From Styela clava (Eukaryota): a stretch of 64,000 bases of DNA. The translations under genes were made by a program, and so were the position numbers. Every line of letters starts with the position of its first letter. Within the stretch, counting starts at the first letter, position 1. Positions 61,663 through 64,000 of the stretch are shown piece after piece. The DNA is taken from NCBI RefSeq assembly GCF_964204865.1, contig NC_135251.1, positions 15,500,001 through 15,564,000 of the forward strand, read 5' to 3'. A model generated the notes under the pieces. It was not told the DNA's origin and did not search any database. It saw only the letters and a program-made list of their open reading frames with translations.

Positions 61663-64000
61663 TCACTGTTGAGCGTCATAAACAGGTAAGCCCAAAATTT
61701 CCTCAGAGAACATGGACGCTGTAATTTGCCCAGGAAGAATACTATCGAGAAAGTCACTTGTTGTTTCATCATCATAAGTTTGGGTAAAATCTGTGCTTCC
61801 ACCTTCAGCATTTATGCCAAGAAGGGTGGCCAGATGATCAGAAAGTTCTTGTTCTGTCATATGTTCTCCTTTCCGCTGCAGGATATTGTACAAATCTAGT
61901 TTTGCGATATTTGATTCTCCTGGCACCGAAACTATGCCCAAAGTATTGAATGCTTTCTGTATTTCATCTGGTGAAAGACCGAATGCAGGTCTGTGGTTGA
62001 CGTATAATTTAATAAAATCACCAAGATTGATCACTGAGACGTACTGCCCGGTTTCAACATATTCAGAAAATTTAACCTCATTGAGCATGTCTTCTATCTC
62101 CTGTTCAGAAGGATAAAATCCTAGGGCACGCATGACAAATGGGATTTGATCCAGTGGTATAACCGTTGACACCTCTCTTGATTCAGTAGTGTCGATGCTT
62201 TGGCTACGTAACTGAGCAAAGTAAAAATAATTTTCCAATTCTGCAAAAAGTTCTCCATCTACCCCGCCTTCCAAAAGTCCATAAAATGGTACAAGACCAT
62301 CACCGCCTAATGCTGCAGCGGCCTCCAGAGCCTTGACTGAAGCAGACCACATATGAACACAAGAGTCTTTCCCTCCTGCTGTGAACAGATATCGACCATC
62401 ATGAGAGCAAGCTAAGTGAGAAATTCCATTTGGATGTCCGACCAGTGCAACAGACTTATGTGGATTGCCATCAAGAGGCAAAATTTGTAACCCAACCTTA
62501 TATTTGCTGATATAAGCAAGAAGTCTTGTTTTATTGTTTGGCTCCCGTTTGTCAACAGGAAGCGGAAGTATCTTGCGTATTGATGATCCATATGTTGGAG
62601 CAAGTAGAGTTTTTCTACACATTTTTGTTGTTGTGTTGTATAATTTGAATTTGTATTGATCATTTGCTGTAACTAGAAAACTTTCTTTTGTGACATCAGG
62701 ATACCATGCCAAACAACTGGGAACAGCACTTTGTTCTATACGATCCACTGACAATAACCGTAGATCATCTTTAGAACTATTCGGCAGATCATATTCCACT
62801 AATGTTCTATCCTCTCCCAATGTCAGCAATCGGGGTGAGTTGGAATCCAATGCTACTCCGAATGAAAGATCCTGGATGGGCTTGTAATGAGCTCGATATC
62901 GTCCTAAATACTTCCACCCATAGTCTGTTTCATATTCAAATACAGTGGTTGCTAAATCTGCATCTGCCGTGGCGAGATACTTAGAATCGTGTGAGAAAGC
63001 AATATGAGTGACAGCATCTCTGGCATACCGGAATGGCTTGCCCACAACGTTTGTCAAACTGATAGTGTCAAGAATATGAACTGTACCATTAGTCATTCCA
63101 ACAGCAACTTGCAAACCTAACATATCAAAAGCAAGGCATTGTATGTTGTTACCTTTTTCAAACACTCTTGACACCATGCACTGTTTTGTATCATAATTCC
63201 AAATTTTTAATAATCCTGCGTAACTACCAATACAAATCCATGGTTTGGTAGAAGATGTTGCAATTGCATGGACAGCTGCATCATGTTCACGCAATATATG
63301 ATGGAATTCACTTCCTTCAGTATTGACAATAAATATTTCAGCATGCTTCGTAGATACAGTGAAATCCCTGACAATAAATGGATTAGCGGGGATGGTGGCA
63401 TCTTCAGGAAATGTCTTGGTTTCTGCTAGAATTTCAACATTAAATTCTGGATTGTATTTAAATGATATAGATGTTACAGGACCAATTTGCATTCCTTTGT
63501 TGTACCAATTGATCAAGTTCAATGTTGAATCATAAAACTTGATAGCACCAGTAACGTCACCAGTGACAATGTATCCATTTGTTTGTGTCACAGTTGTTAT
63601 TGCTCGGTCTTGCAATCTTACCAATTTCAAAGCGCGTTTGTGTATTGGTGAAATTTTATCCTGGCCATATTTCACATTTGGTCGCTCAGGATCCCACACC
63701 ACTATATTTCCTTGTGAAGTTCCAGTCAATGCTTGCCTTGAATCAACTTGATATATGGTTTGACTATACAACCCAACTGCACGATTGAAAACATCATCTG
63801 ACAGATAGGGCGCATGGTATTCAAGTTTTCCAGATGCCCAAGAAAAGAATACAACTTGGCTATCACTATTTGTCACAAATTGCTCATTGTCATCTGCACA
63901 AAATTGTACGCGAGATTGAACACCAAAAGCACTTTGCAGTTTCACGGAACAAATCGGCTCATTTGAAACAGATGTCCAATCCCAAACACTGACTGTTTGA
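61663..64000 (-). CDS. CFAP251: Cilia- and flagella-associated protein 251 / WDR66 (WD40 + EF-hand-like C-terminus); 5' end outside the window; uninterrupted over at least 2.3 kb
   Basis: 'KFKLYNTTTKMCRKTLLAPTYGS', 'LPLDGNPHKS', 'FYGLLEGG', 'FVMRALGFYPSEQEIEDMLNEVKF', 'FIKLYVNHRPAFG'; frame stays open to the window edge (QTVSVWDW..). Confidence 0.92.
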   Translation of the reverse strand, partial: QTVSVWDWTSVSNEPICSVKLQSAFGVQSRVQFCADDNEQFVTNSDSQVVFFSWASGKLEYHAPYLSDDVFNRAVGLYSQTIYQVDSRQALTGTSQGNIVVWDPERPNVKYGQDKISPIHKRALKLVRLQDRAITTVTQTNGYIVTGDVTGAIKFYDSTLNLINWYNKGMQIGPVTSISFKYNPEFNVEILAETKTFPEDATIPANPFIVRDFTVSTKHAEIFIVNTEGSEFHHILREHDAAVHAIATSSTKPWICIGSYAGLLKIWNYDTKQCMVSRVFEKGNNIQCLAFDMLGLQVAVGMTNGTVHILDTISLTNVVGKPFRYARDAVTHIAFSHDSKYLATADADLATTVFEYETDYGWKYLGRYRAHYKPIQDLSFGVALDSNSPRLLTLGEDRTLVEYDLPNSSKDDLRLLSVDRIEQSAVPSCLAWYPDVTKESFLVTANDQYKFKLYNTTTKMCRKTLLAPTYGSSIRKILPLPVDKREPNNKTRLLAYISKYKVGLQILPLDGNPHKSVALVGHPNGISHLACSHDGRYLFTAGGKDSCVHMWSASVKALEAAAALGGDGLVPFYGLLEGGVDGELFAELENYFYFAQLRSQSIDTTESREVSTVIPLDQIPFVMRALGFYPSEQEIEDMLNEVKFSEYVETGQYVSVINLGDFIKLYVNHRPAFGLSPDEIQKAFNTLGIVSVPGESNIAKLDLYNILQRKGEHMTEQELSDHLATLLGINAEGGSTDFTQTYDDETTSDFLDSILPGQITASMFSEEILGLPVYDAQQ

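Overview
AT-rich animal (eukaryotic) genomic DNA; gene compactness, protein sequences and repeat types suggest an invertebrate chordate such as an ascidian (inference, not proven). Recognisable genes: GPKOW (+), BAG3-like (+, spliced), PLAA/Doa1 (+, spliced), SF3B1 (-), an ERI1/ERI3-type DEDDh exoribonuclease (-), CTNNBL1 (+), VIRMA (-), a CHST1/GlcNAc6ST-type carbohydrate sulfotransferase (+, spliced) and the 3' part of CFAP251/WDR66 (-). There is also a possible orphan spliced gene or pseudogene on the - strand at about 9.2-13.2 kb. Introns and intergenic DNA carry many non-autonomous DNA transposons with 8-bp target-site duplications (several nested) and two tRNA-derived SINE families. Most notable: (1) five RNA-processing genes, three of them spliceosome factors, all have completely uninterrupted CDSs while their neighbours are intron-rich; (2) BAG3 intron 2 hides a heat-shock-element array, a TATA-like box and an in-frame alternative first exon predicting a stress-inducible WW-less isoform, plus an alternative donor that would toggle a 251-aa motif cassette; (3) a group of 8-bp-TSD elements carries telomere-type TTAGGG cores. 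Exon boundaries were read by eye; no searches were run.
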